Assembly (NCBI RefSeq): GCF_963921235.1
Contig: NC_086106.1
Span: 18,476,001 to 18,540,000 of the forward strand
Direction: 5' to 3'
DNA: 64,000 nt
Origin: Mobula hypostoma
Lineage: Eukaryota
Shown here: positions 1-13,300 of the stretch, piece by piece
Position numbering within the stretch: the stretch's first letter is position 1
Layout of the letters: the number at the start of each line of letters is the position of its first letter
The notes under the pieces: generated by a model
The model's input: only the letters and a program-made list of their open reading frames with translations
What the model was told of the DNA's origin: nothing
Databases searched by the model: none
Position numbers and translations under genes: made by a program

Positions 1-504
1 GTAAAGATGAAGCCACACTCAGGTTGGAGGAACAACACCTTATATTCCGGCTGGGTAGCCTCCAACCTGATAGCATGAACATCGACTTCTCTAACTTCCG
101 CTAAGGCCCCACTTCCCCCTCGTACCCCATCTGTTACTTATTTTTATGCACACATTCTTTCTCTCACTCTCCTTTTTCTCCCTCTGTCCCTCTGAATATA
201 CCTCTTGCCCATCCTCTGGGTCCCCCCCGCCACCTTGTCTTTCTTCCCGGACCTCCTGTCCCATGATCCTCTTGTATCCCCTTTGCCAATCACCTGTCCA
301 GCTTTTGGCTCCATCCCTCCCCCTCCTGTCTTCTCCTATCATTTTGGATCTCCCCCTCCCCCTCCTACTTTCAAATCTCTTACTAACTCTTCCTTCAGTT
401 AGTCCTGAGGAAGGGTCTCGGCCTGAAATGTCGTCGACTGTACCTCTTCCTAGAGATGCTGCCTGGCCTGCTGCGTTCACCAGCAACTTTGATGTGTGTT
501 GCTT
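1..504 (+). mobile_element. 3' end of a Penelope-like retroelement (GIY-YIG C-terminus and 3' terminal repeat), cut by the window edge
   Basis: Near-identical to 41772-42265. Encodes ...KDEATLRLEEQHLIFRLGSLQPDSMNIDFSNFR* (stop 102-104), then the same pyrimidine-rich UTR and a degenerate hammerhead-like core at 401-440. Confidence 0.9.
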
Positions 505-824
505 AAAAAGTCCTGGATACAGACCAGACCATCACAGCTAAAGCCCTTGTTGTGACTATGAACGGAGTCACTGGAGAGACACTGAAGCTGGTGGTGATAG
601 AAGTCTTTATTCAGCAAAACAAGCAGCAGGCATCATACTCAGACACTCTTGGAAGAAGAGGCCTGCCTGACCCTATATGACATGACTCTTTCAAATGCTA
701 AAAATCAAATGTAGCAGCAGGACAATTCTGTAGTTATAATGTATCCAGAATGCTCCTTTTGATTTACATAAAATTTTCAAATACCTCAATCTTCACGTCT
801 ACACTCAAGACACCCACAATGAAT

Positions 825-1398
825 TGTAACCCTCAGGTTCGGCTGGCCACTTTAGTCGAGGGAAGACAGCCTCTGGCCCCACCAAATGTGTGAAATCTGA
901 GGCGAAAAACCTTTTGTTTGTGTGGATACTGCATGATGTGTTCCTCTGTTACAAATCAATACCAAGAAATAACAGACAGTACACCATATACAATTAAAGG
1001 ATTTAGCTTTACAATTCTTAATTTGACTATAGGGTTAGTACAGGAAAACAAAAAGAAAAGGTCCCACTTTAATGAAATAGTCTAATGTGCACGTTGGAGC
1101 TCACAGTTTCCCATCCATTAGCCCTCCACTGTTTTCCCCCAGGCGTCGTGGACTCCCAGCCCCATTCCAAGTCCACTCCGTCCTGGAGTCTACGACCTCT
1201 CCGATCTGGCATCTTCTCTCTCCATCTTTCGCTGAACAAAAGGCCTCGAACCACTCGCTCTCAGGCACACAAGAAAAAACACTCCCTTCATTAGATGGCG
1301 CACATTTCAAAGCCCCGGTTATCTCTAGTCATAACCCAAACACTGCTGCTACAGAACAACCATTACATTAGCAGTGAAACATTTCCCAGGACATTACA
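825..1398 (-). repeat. 3' LTR of Gypsy-1
   Basis: TGTAA...TTACA termini; PPT adjacent; aligns to 5772-6423. Confidence 0.92.
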
Positions 1399-4300
1399 CT
1401 CTCCCCCCACCAAATTTAGTCATGTCTTCCTGCAAAACACAGTCCAACCGGGCTGTAAAAGGCAGTGACATAGCTCCCCAAAGTGGTAGGGACACACTCC
1501 GCTCCCTGGTGCGACATAGGCCAGCCTATCCGGTGGGCTCCTGATTCTTTGAGACCTCCATACCCCCTCACCTACCTCTTCATGTTCCGACAGTACTGGA
1601 GATACTTCTGGTCTACCTGGCGCGGCCTTCCCCGGTCTATCACTCCTGCCCTCCTGCAACTCGGACCCCTCTGTCACTTGGCCGAGTCCTGCTTCATCCC
1701 TTGCAGGGTCCTGCTGAAACCCCAGCTGTCCACGGATAGCACCACCCCCCCCACCCCGATTTCACCTGACTCAATGGGAGAAGGGTTGGGAATCTCTTCT
1801 TCAATCAGCAGGGAGTTAGCAAAAGGTGGCATATACCACACCCCTATTTCGTTATCCTCCAAGTCTGTACCCTATTTAGGGGTGAGGGCCGGTCTAATCT
1901 CTCCTGCTGTTTGCCCTTCAGTCACCCAGCGATACCACAGAGTCCTCTTACTATGTTTGGGCTCCAGGATGGGCTCTAGGTCAACCCACACATCTTATCC
2001 CAGGGGCAGAAGGAGGGTCCGATGGAGAATCTTGACCAGCCCATTCCCATCCCCTGGTTTCACCTGGAAAACTGGTACATTTGGCATCTGGCTCTCCACT
2101 ACATAGGGCATAGCCAGCCAGCGGTCAGCCAACTTATGTTTTTCAGGTAGCCCCCAATTCTTTATGAGGACTCAGTCTCCCGGCATGAGTTGCGAGATCC
2201 TCACCTTTTGACGATACCTCTTCTTATTTCCTTGATTCTGCTGGGCAGCCGGGACCCCAGCTAATTCATAAGCCCTTTTCAGCTCCCTTTTCATGTCAGA
2301 CACATACTTCAAATAAGTCTTCGGTGGTAGGTCATCCTCGTCTATCCCAAAACAAAGGTCAATGAGCAACCTCACCTCGCGCCCAAACGTCAGATAGTAT
2401 AGCAAGTACCCAGTAGTTTCATTTTGGGTACAGTTGTAGTAGTGGGCTGGATGTTCAGTATGTTGACTCCACCTGCTCTTCTTGCTGGCCTCCAAGGTTC
2501 TGAGCATGTCTAGCAAGGTCGATTAAACCTCTCAGGCTGGGGATCACCCAGCGGGTGATAAGGAGTAGTCCTCGACTTTGCGACTCTGAGCATGCTCAGT
2601 AACTCATGGACGAGCCTACTCTCGAAATCCCATCCCTGATCACTATATATCCCCTTGGGGAAGCCATAATAAATGAAATACTTTCCCATAACACTTTGGC
2701 CACCGTGGACACCCTCTGATCCTTGGTAGGGAAAGCCTGCACATATCTGATGCAGTGATCCATGATGACTAAGACATTCGCCATGTTGCTGGCATCTGGC
2801 TCTATTGACAGGAAATCCATACACACCAGGTCAAGGGGCCCCGCAATCTGCAGTTGGGACAAAGGAGCTGCCTTGTAGGCAGTGTCTTCCTCCGTATGCG
2901 TCGGATGTATGAATTGTAGTTTTCTTCAACCTCCAGCTTCATTTAAGGCCCGTAAAACCGATCTCTGAGCAATCCACAGGCCATTTCAAACCCCAAGTAT
3001 CCAGAAACATCATGAAGTTACTTCAACACCATCCTCCGATACTTCTCAGGCAGAACCAGCTGGGAATGTCAAGGTCGTTCCGGAGGTGACATGACCTGGT
3101 ACAGGATCCAGTTCCCCAACTCCAATCTGGGCCATGCTCTCAGTAATGGAGGCGCAGTGTGTTTCGTCTTCTCCACTTAGACCGGGTCTCCCTTTTCGAC
3201 CGCTGACCAAATGGTACCGATGCCTGGGTCATCTCGCTGAGCAGCTGCCACTTCCCCAGGACTCAATTCCGGTAGCTGGTTTGTCTTCAGAGCCATCAGG
3301 TGACAGTGAACTTGTGGAATGACACCATCAGAAGCTCCAATTGATCTACTGCTCGATCCTGCCCTCGCCTTCCATCTGCCTTCACTGCCATGGCAAACTG
3401 GCATATGGCTTTTACCCCCAGGGCAAGAACGCTCTCCCACTCCTCATCCCTGTCCAGACCTTCATGTGCACGTCAGGACAAAGCATCAGCATCAATATTC
3501 CTACTTCCCAGCCGGTACTTCAGCCTGAAATCATCGGCAGACAACGCCACCAACCATCAATGGCCTGTGGCATCCAATATCGCCGAGGTTAGGAATAAGT
3601 TAGGGGATTGTTGTCCGTCCTCACCTCAAACTTGGCACCATAGAGGTAGTCAGTCAACTTATCAACAGGCCAGTTCAACACTAGAAACTCCAACTTGTGC
3701 ATGGTATAATTTTTCTTAGAGGGTGACAGACTCTGGCTGACTAATGCAACAGGTCTCAACCTGGTGCCCTGATTTTGATAAAGGACCTCTCTGCTGGCAT
3801 CTTTTCGAACTCGAAGAATCCCAGTGGACAAATAAATGCCGTCTTCTCTTTGTCAGCCTCACTCATGGGGATCTGGTAATATCCACTCCTCAAGTCCAGC
3901 ACACTGAACCATTTAGCACCACTCAGACAGGCCAGCGCATCTTCGATCTCTGGGACCATATACTGGTCAGGGACGGTACACCTATTCAGGGTCCTATAGT
4001 CCACACACATCCATACCTTTCTATTCTTCTTTCTGGCCACTACTATTGGGAATATATAGGGGCTTTTGGACTCAGTGATGATCCCAGCTTCCTTCGACTT
4101 CCACAAATGCTGCCGAACATCTTCCATCTCTGCAGGGGCCAATTACCGCGACCTTTCTTTGAACGGGGTGTCCTCGGTCACCCAGATACTGTGATGAGTA
4201 CTCTTGGAACAACCCACATCAAACTGGTCAGTGGAAAAGACACCTTCCGGATTTAACATCTTCTCTACCAACCTCCTCTTCCAACCCACACATAGCAGGG

Positions 4301-5771
4301 AGATGACGGAGTTGAATGACTCAGCAGTCAACTTTCCCCCTTTTTCCAGTAGTTTCTCCCTGGCTTGGCACACAGGGACTCTAGACATTACCGTCACCAG
4401 GAAAAGATGCACCAGGGCATCCCCCATTTGAAGGTGACCTCCCTCTTCGTAGTGTTCCTGACAATCACTTCCATCCTGTTCATCTGTACAACCGAGGGCT
4501 TCTGCTGTTCTCCACTCTGCCACAATCTCTACCACCCCCCGGGGCAGGCTACCCATGGTCACTTCACCACAAGGAACCACTACCGAGGACTCTACCCTGC
4601 TGATGGAAGCCTCCCGTGCCTCTGACACATTCTCCTCCTCTTGTACTTCTCTGATCAGCTCAACAAACGCGGGGGGCGGGGGGGGGCGCATCTTACGAGA
4701 TAGTCAGAAACCTCAAGCGATCAGGTCCTGGGACTGGGCGCCCTTTGCTATCTGGTCCATTCTTAACTGATCCACCTCAGCCGCCTGAATTGCCCCTCTG
4801 CACCGCAAGCAATTTAGCTGCCTGTCTGGCCAAAAAATTATAGGCAGAAAGCTCTTCCCCTTCTCCTGACACATGTTCTGAAACCCTGTCATGAGCTCCA
4901 TTGGGCTTCCTGTCATGCCAAATGCATTTTCCAGTGCTCGCATGTAAGTGGCAATAGTGGCAAGGGGGTACTGGGACTTTACGGCTCTCAAAACGTCAGC
5001 AGCCCACCCCCCTCAAACTTTCAACAAATCGCTGTTGTTTTACGTCATCAGGGCCCTGCCACTCATCTAACAACTGAGAGATCTGCTTCGCCCAAGTCTC
5101 ACACTTCTCTTCCCCTTTAGGGGTGGGCTTCATTCCTGAGAACAGGCGGAGCCGACCATAGCTGGGACTTTGGACCTGGGCATTTTTCCATTTATTCGCC
5201 AGGGAGGTAAGGGCGGATACTAACTCAGTATTCTCACACTTCCCTGGAGGACAGGGACTCATTAGACATTCCAAATCGGACCACTCCTTCCCCTCCCTAA
5301 GCAGAAACGAGAGAACCCTGTCTCTGAAGTTTCCTCCCCCAGCAACGGGAGACTGGACTTGCGCTATGGCTGGCTCACCTACACTCTCCTCCCACGGAAA
5401 GTATGGACAGTACATACCGCACCCCCCCACCCCCTCCTGGGGCCCGAATAGGACCAGGCAGTCCTACTGTCGTTACGTCAGTGCTAATCTGAACTAAAAC
5501 AAAGTCTGTGTCTGCCATTTTATCAAATCTCCACCCCGCAATCGTAACTTTGCCTACCACTTTAACAGTACTTAAAAGTGGAATAACAATTCATTAGGAT
5601 TACGAATATCTGCCCCACTCAACACACACGCATTAGTTACCAGTAACCCCATGGATGAACACCACTGCTCAACCCTGGCAGTATCCATACTAGCACACAC
5701 TTAAACACACAATCCACTGGTTCAATGCTCAGGGCAATCACACAGCATCCAACAGAATCAATCCCGAGCGA

Positions 5772-6423
5772 TAACCCCTCAGGTTCGGCTGGAGGCTTTA
5801 GTCTAGGGAAGACAGTCTCTGGCCCTGCCAAATGTGTGAAATCTGAGGTGCAAAACCAAAAATGCAAAAGAGCATGACTTCCTGACATTGTATTCCACCT
5901 ATCACTTATTTGCCCATTCTCCTAATATGTCCAAGTTTTTGTGTGGATGCTGCATGATGTGTTCCCCTGTTACAGATCAGTACCATGAAATAACAGACAG
6001 TACATCATGTACAATTAAACAATTTAGCTTTATAATCTTAATTTGACTAGAGGGTTAGAAAAGAAAAACAAAAAGAAAAGGGCCCATTTTAATGAAACAG
6101 TCTAATGTGCAGCGTGGAGCTCACGGTTTCCTGTCCGTTAGTCCTCCATCGCTTTCGCCCCAAGCGTCGTCGACTCCCGGCCCCATTCCAAATCCACTCC
6201 CTCCTGCGGACTACAACCCCTTCATTCTGGTATCTTCTCTCTCCATCTTCCACTGAACAAGAGACCTCGAACCACTTGCTCTCAGGCACACAACAAGAAA
6301 AAAACACTCCCTTCATTCGACTGTGCAAATTCCAAAGCCCCCCTTATCTCTAGTCATAACCCAAACACTGCTGCTACAGAATGACCATTACATTAGCAGT
6401 GAAATCTTTCCCAGGACGTTACA
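5772..6423 (-). repeat. 5' LTR of Gypsy-1, carrying a 76-bp foreign insert at 5867-5942
   Basis: Aligns to 825-1398 apart from the insert; its inner terminus is eroded (GATAACCCC vs TGTAACCC). Confidence 0.9.
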
Positions 6424-6689
6424 GAATGTTAATCCCCACTGACTCTGGGTTGCATCATGCATATGCAGGTATCTGGAGTTGAATGGTGAGTTTCTTTGTT
6501 TGCAATGGACTCCATTCTGCAGCTCCAAGAATACTATTGTTATGGGTGCATTTTAAACTGAATCTACAATCCATATTCAGGTATGAAGGCTGGTTGTTGT
6601 TGAAATTAGTATTTGAAATATAACAAAACTCCAGAATACACCCTAACAGCTCTCCACACTTCTACAAGAAGTGCTGTTGCAGGAAAGCA

Positions 6690-7147
6690 ACATCTATCAT
6701 CGAGCACATCCACCATCCAGGACATGCTCTCTTCTGACTGCTGCCATCAGGAAGAAGATACAGAACCCTTGTGTCCCAGACCACCAGGTTCAGGAACACT
6801 TATTACCACTCAACCATCATGCTCTAGAACTAGGGTTAATAATTTCATTCACCCCAACACAGAACTGATTCCATAAGACCATAAGATATAGGAGTAGAAT
6901 TAGGCCATGTAGTCCATCGAGTCTGCTTCACAACCAATGGACTCACTGTCAAGGGCTCTACAGCTGATGTTCACAATATTATTTATATATTATTATTTTG
7001 ATTTATTTTTCATATTTACACACTTTCTTGTATTTTGCACATTGGTTCTTTGCCCATCTTCATTGTGTGCACTAAGAAAATGAATCTCAGTGTAGTATAT
7101 AGTGACATCAATGTGCTTTGGTAATAAATTTACTCTGAACTTGTACT
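6690..7147 (+). mobile_element. Rex1/Babar LINE 3' fragment, interrupted by a short CR1 tail piece (about 6876-6935)
   Basis: Degenerate HHPGHALF.LLPSGRRY...TTRFRN.YY C-terminus; 3' tail GTAATAAATTTACTCTGAAC. Confidence 0.7.
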
Positions 7148-7569
7148 TTTGGTGATGTGCTGATGCAGAGGGTGGAAGAGGAGAAAGAGATGGTGTTGGA
7201 GGCCAGGTAGATCAGGAGGCAGAAGGTAAGTGATAGAGGGGGAGCAGTTACTGGATGCTGAAGAATTTAATTTTAAGATTGTCGAGGTGCAGGCTCCCCT
7301 GGAGAATATCAGCACACTCAGCACCCTATCGTTTACTGTGAAAGACTTTGCCTGGTTTGACCTCCCAAATTGGAACACTTCATGCAGATTCATAGAGCAT
7401 GGAAATAGGATTCTTGGCCCAAATGGTCAAATTGGACCAAGTTTCTTATCAAAGCTGCTCATTTGCCAGTGTATACCCAACATCCCTCAAAAACAGTTGT
7501 TTCCAACCCTTTAATGCCATGGACCAATACTATTAAGCAAGGGATCCACGGAACCCAGGTTAGGAGTCC

Positions 7570-8651
7570 CTGCTCTAAGTCGTCCCTATCCATGTACCTG
7601 TCCAAGTGTTTGTTTGTTCAAATGTCTGCCTCACCCACTTCATCTGGCAGCTGTGCAGACCATCCTCTGGGTGAAAAAGTTGTTCCTTCTGTTCCTATTA
7701 AGTCACTTCTTCTCCCAAAGAGCATGACTTCCTGACATTGTATTCCACCTATCACTTTTTGCCCATTCTCCTAATCTGTCCAAGTTTTTTGTTGCCTCTC
7801 TACTTCCTGAAAGCTTTCTTCCCCTCCACCTAAGATAAACTGGGTAATGATTTCTTTTCTTTAGCTTCTCTCCCTTCTTGAAGAATGAAGTGACATATGC
7901 AATTCTCCACTATTCTGGAACCATTCCATAATCTAATGATTCTTGAAAGATCATTATTAATACCTCTATAATCAATTCAGCCACCTCTTTCAGAACCCTG
8001 GGGTGTAGACCATCTGGTTCAGGTGACTTATGTACCTTCAGAACTTTCAGTTTCTCAAGAATCTTCTCTCTAATAATGGTGGCTTCACAAACATCATGAC
8101 CCTTGACACCTGGAACTTCTACTATTCTGCTCATGTCTTCCACAGTGAAGACTGATGAAATATATTTATTCAGTTCATCTGCCATTTCCTTGTCCCTCAT
8201 TACTACCTTTCCAGCATCCTTTTCCAGTGGTCCGATATGACCTCTTACCTTTCTTTTACACTTCATGTATTTGAAGAAACTGTTGGTATCCTCATCAAAT
8301 TTATTGGCTAGTTTACTTTAATATTCCACCTTTACCTTTTTACTGACTTTCTTAGTTGCCTTCTGTTGTTTCTTAAAAGCTTCCTAATCCTCTACCCAAT
8401 TGCTGCTTGGGTATATGCCCTCTCTTTGGCTTTATGTTGGCCTTGACTTCCCTTGTTTGCCATGGCTGTGTCATCTTGCCTCTAGAATACTTTTTCCTTT
8501 CAGGGATGTATATATTCGGTGCCTTCTGAATTGCTTCCAGCTATTGCTGCTCTGCCATCATCCCTGCCAGTGTTCTTTTCCAATCAATTCTGGCAATCAA
8601 CTCCTCTCTCATGCCTCTGTAACTTCCTTTACTCCACTGTAATATTGATAT
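7570..8651 (-). mobile_element. CR1-like LINE fragments (host of Gypsy-2; a few bases resume at 22646)
   Basis: ORF 7910-8266: KVHKSPEPDGLHPRVLKEVAE.I...L..IFQESL..GMVPE, the typical CR1 linker and RT start. Confidence 0.85.
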
Positions 8652-10351
8652 TGTCATGTATCCCATGACGGGTTAAAGATCCAGCAGAAATGGAAAACAC
8701 TTTGGAGTCCAGTATTGCTATTAACTAATGGTATTTATTAGTAACTACGCAATACAGTAATATAAATGCAGATATATCAAACAGGATTGCAATGATTATA
8801 TGTGTGGAAATATATGAAAACCAAGCTTCCTCAGGTCCAGGGGTAAATAGATAGTCTTATGATGATGAGTAAAGTTCAGTTCAGTTCATAGTATTGAGTT
8901 GAGTAGTGATGGAGCGAGAGAGAGGGAGAAATTTGAGTCTTCAGGTGAGCTGACGCCGTCAATCTTCTCATTATCCTCCGAAATCCTTTAGAAGTTACCG
9001 ACTGTGACCACAACAAAGGGGACCATTCTTCTGTGGTGGAATTATCAACCCAAGCGAGGGTTGGGCACACAAATAACTTCCCACCGGTCACTCCCTTTTC
9101 ACACTGCGAGAGCCACTGATTGATCCTCCAAAACCCACCTTTTCTGTGGGTACAACAAAGCTCATTCAGTGTCCAAAACCATGTGTCTTCAGGTCTAACA
9201 GTTGACCTTCTATCTATCTCACTGTGCTGAATACTAGCTGTCCATCAAGCAGCTCCTCCCTCCTCTCTCTGTAAGAACACAGAAGCTGCCAGTGTCCTTG
9301 TAGAAAGTATAAACAAACTGTGAGTAGTCTTCGCCTCTCTCCCTCTTTCTTTCTCTTTTTAACAAGGTGTCTGGTGTTGAACAACTCTCTCTCTCTTTTC
9401 AAAAGCACAGTTCATTGGGGTAATTCAGGACCCTGTTACACTCCCTTCCTTTAAAAAAATGATGCAGGCAAAACTTTTAGTTTAAATGTAAGTTATAAAG
9501 TTGAAACAATACATATATATTCATCAGATAACAGAGCAAAAACGTGTACCATTTCTAACTGAACATCTGGATGAACAATCAGCTATAATATTGTCTATAC
9601 CTTTCACATGTTTGATTTTCAGATCATATTCTTGCAATATCAGACTCCAATTTAATAACCTTCTATTCTTATCCTTCATCTTAGTTAGAAACACCAACGG
9701 ATTGTGATCCATGTAAACCACGTGGTCTCTGGGCAGGACAAACATAGACCTCAAAATGTTGTAAAGCCAGAATAAGTGCTTGTAATTCCTTTTCAACAGT
9801 GGAATAATTTTCCTGGTGCCCATTAAATTTCTTTGAGAAATATGCTACTGGGTGTTCAATGTCATACACACCTTTCTGTAACAATACTGCCCCAGCAGCT
9901 TTGTCACTAATGTCTGTTGCTATAGAAAATGTCTTGGAAAAATCAGGTGCTTTGAGCACAGGATAACACAGGATGGTTTTCAGGCGATCAAATGCCTCCT
10001 GGCAAAAATCACTCCATACAAATCTATCACTCTTCCCTAGGAGCTTTGTTAGGGGGAGAGTGATATCTGCAAAGTTCTTACAAAACTTATGATAATACCC
10101 AAACATTCTCAAAAACCTTCTGAAAGCTTTCTCACCCGTCAGAATGGGAACCTCAGCAAAGCTTGAACCTTGGCCTGTATAGGAGCCATTTGGCCCTGGC
10201 CTACTACGTAGCCCAGATAAGTAACTGTGGCATGACCAAACGCACTTTTATCCAGGTTTACAGTAAGATTGGCTTTGGACAGCCTTTCAAACAGTTTTTC
10301 AACAGCCACCATATGCTCTACCCACGTGTCATTCCAGACCACTAAATTATC

Positions 10352-13300
10352 TGTCATGGTCCCTTCTGGCAATCCCCCACCTTGCCATTTGCCTCAAGAA
10401 TTGAGCCTTAATTACCTCATTTAGATTTCAATCATTCCCAGGTTGCACTAACTACATGCACCTGCTTCCCATCAGAAATGACAGGATAAATACCCTGTGA
10501 CCACAGCAAGAAGCCACCAGTTTGTTGGTTGACTCTTGAGAGAGTAAACCTTGTTTCCTATTCCTGAGAACTGTTAGTTCTAAGTTTTGCATTGTCTCCT
10601 GGATATCAGCTCCCTGTTCGTGATGGCGCTATGCCTAACAACTCTGCCTCAGCATCTGTGTCCTGCACTTGGGTTCGTCCCCAGCCACGCCTTTGCAACA
10701 GAATGAACTTGCCAAGCATGAACCCAGCGGACATGGACCCCGTGCAACAGGCCCTGGCCAGCCAGGGCTACCTATTGGGCGCCCACGATCAACTACTTCA
10801 GGAGATCACAGAAAACCTTGAATCTGCAGAAGGTCAGTGAACAAGCAGACTGGCTCTCTGCTTCTTTTCCTCTGTTCCCTCCAAGAACCCTGGTTACCCA
10901 AACTGCACCGCTCGGGATGGCTTCACCCCTGGAATCAGCAACGCCACCCCCTCGAGAGCCGTATGTACCCGAGCCCGAACCCTACGCCGGGGACCTAGGT
11001 AGATGCCGGGCTTTCCTGTTACAATGCTCCCTAGTCTTTGAGCTGCAGCCACGTACCTACACTTCTGATAAATCAAAGATTGTGTACATCATGGGGCTGT
11101 TTCGAGGGGATGCCTTGGCTTGGGCAACTGTGATATGGGACAACTGACTGGAGATTTGTACCTCCTACTCCTCCTTTGTCGCTGAACTGAGGAAAATATT
11201 TGAGCAATCCATTCGGGGTAAGGACGCCGTGAAATAGTTGCTTACTTTTCGTCAAGCTTCGCGAAGTGTGGCCAAGTATGTCATTGAGTTCCGGACCTTG
11301 GCCGCAGACTCCGGGTAGAATGACGAGGCCCTACGGGAGATGTTCCGACAGGGCCTCTCGGACAAGATAAAGGATGAGTTGGCCGTGAGGGACGACACAG
11401 ACAGTCTGGACTTGTTGGTATCGCTAGCCATTCAATTAGATTATCGACTTCAGGAACGTCTGAGAGAAAAGCCCAGTCGCCCCACTCCTCGGGTCAGCCC
11501 ACGTCCTACCTTACCATCTTCTATCAGCACTAACCTCTCCCTTCCCACTATTCCTGGCAGAGACTCCGCTCCTACTGTCCTGGCGAATCAAACAACCCTC
11601 CCTTCCACAACCCAGACTCCGATGCAGATCCCAGCAACCGTGAATTACCAACAACTGTCCCTGTCCCTATCCGCTTTGGTGGATTCCGGTGCTGAGGGCA
11701 ATCTGCTGGACGAAGAGATAGCCACCCAGGCCGGAATACCTCGTGAGCTGCTAACCACCCCCCTGGAGGCCCGGGCCCTGGACTGAAAACTGCTGGCTCG
11801 GGTGACCCGCTGTACGCCGCCCCTGACCTTGATCCTATCTGGCAACCATTGGGAGGAGGTAAGATTCAGCCTCATTCATTCACCTCAAGCCCTGGTAGTT
11901 CTAGGGTATCCATGGCTGACCCAACACAATCCCCACATCAACTGGTCTATCAGGAGGATAGCAAAATGGAGCCCGTCTTGCCATGCCAACTGTCTGTGGT
12001 CGGCCCCATCCCCCAGAGGCTACCGCGACCCCGCCTGTGTTGGAACCCCTTGACTTGTCCCACATCCCCACAGAGTATCATGACTTGGGACAGGTGTTCA
12101 GTAAACAACGGGCCCTTTCCCTGCCTCCGCACCGCCCATATGATTGTGCCATCGACCTTCTCCCTGGGGCCTCGCTACCCACCAGTCGCCTTTTTAACCT
12201 ATCCCGACCGGAGAGAGAGGCAATGGAGAAATATGTTAGCGAGTCCCTCGCGGCGGGCATTATCAGGCCTTCATCCTCCCTGGTAGGCACCGGTTTCTTT
12301 TTTGTGGAAAAGGAGAATGGGATGCTTCGCCCTTGTATCGACTACTGAGGCTTAAATAATATAACAGTTAAGAACAAGTTCCCTCTACCACTCATTAGTT
12401 TGGCTTTTGAGCCACTGCATGGAGCCACCATCTTTTTGAAGTTGGACCTTCGCAACGCCTACCATTTAGTCAGGATAAGGGAGGGGGGACGAATGGAAGA
12501 TGGCCTTCAATACACCTCTGTGTCACTTTGAATATTTGGTCGTGCCGTTTGGCCTCACTAATCTTCCCGCTGTTTTCCAAACTCTGATCAATGACGTACT
12601 GAGGGACTTTATCAATCGATTCGTATTTGTTTACCTTGACGATATCCTGATATTTTCTAGCAGCCCCCAAGAACACGTACGCCATGTCCGTCAAGTCCTC
12701 CAGAGACTATGGGAAAACCAGTTATTTGCTAAGGCGGAGAAATGCGAGTTCCACATTCCTTTGGTCAGCTTCCTAGGCTATACCATTGAAAGCGGGCAGG
12801 TAAAAGCAGACCCTGAGAAGATCCGGGCAGTGGAAGAATGGCCTCGACCCACGACACGTAAACAACTTCAACGATTCCTGGGGTTTTCAAACTTCTATCG
12901 TAGATTCATCAGAGACTACAGTTGAGTGGCGGCACCCCTTACCCGGTTTACCTCGCCTACCACACCATTTTGCTGGGACTCTGAAGCAGACTCGGCATTC
13001 ACTGACCTGAAGAGACGTTTCACTACCGCTCCCATTCTGGTCCATCTAGACCCATCACATCAATTCATCATTGAGGTGGACGCCTCAGACTCTGAGGTAG
13101 GAGTGGTCCTGTCCCAATGATCAAGTTCAGAGGAAAAGCTTCACCCCTGCGCCTTCTATTCTCTCCGACTGTCCCCCACCGAGCAGAATTACGAAGTGGG
13201 AAATCAGGAACTGCTGGCGGTCAAACTAGCGCTGGAAGAGTGGAGGCACTGGCTGGAGGGGGCGGAACACCCGTTTGTGGTATGGACTGATCATAAGAAC

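Larger units (their letters stand above)
825..6423 (-). mobile_element. Decayed full-span Gypsy LTR retrotransposon (Gypsy-1) with PNMA-like gag; order gag-RT-RH-INT
   Basis: LTRs at 825-1398 and about 5772-6423; 4-bp TSD GAAT (821-824, 6424-6427); PPT (minus GGGGGGAGAG) at 1399-1408. Gag YGRLRLFSG...E..ETW (4996-5430); RT SPY..PIVV.RKK...MCVDYR.LN and LDLRSGYYQ (3756-4142); RNase H ...FEVRTDNNPL (3589-3831); integrase PLDLVCMDFL and TTPYHP.GDPQPERFNR (2510-2862). Many stops and frameshifts; the RT YxDD region is deleted. Confidence 0.93.

Noticed and set aside
91-541. Overlapping ORFs here and their near-copies at 38478-38836 and 41861-42326
   Set aside because: These are chance frames in the pyrimidine-rich Penelope terminal repeat.
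1483-2106. 207-aa plus-strand ORF (similarly 3744-4256)
   Set aside because: Antisense shadows of Gypsy-1 pol.
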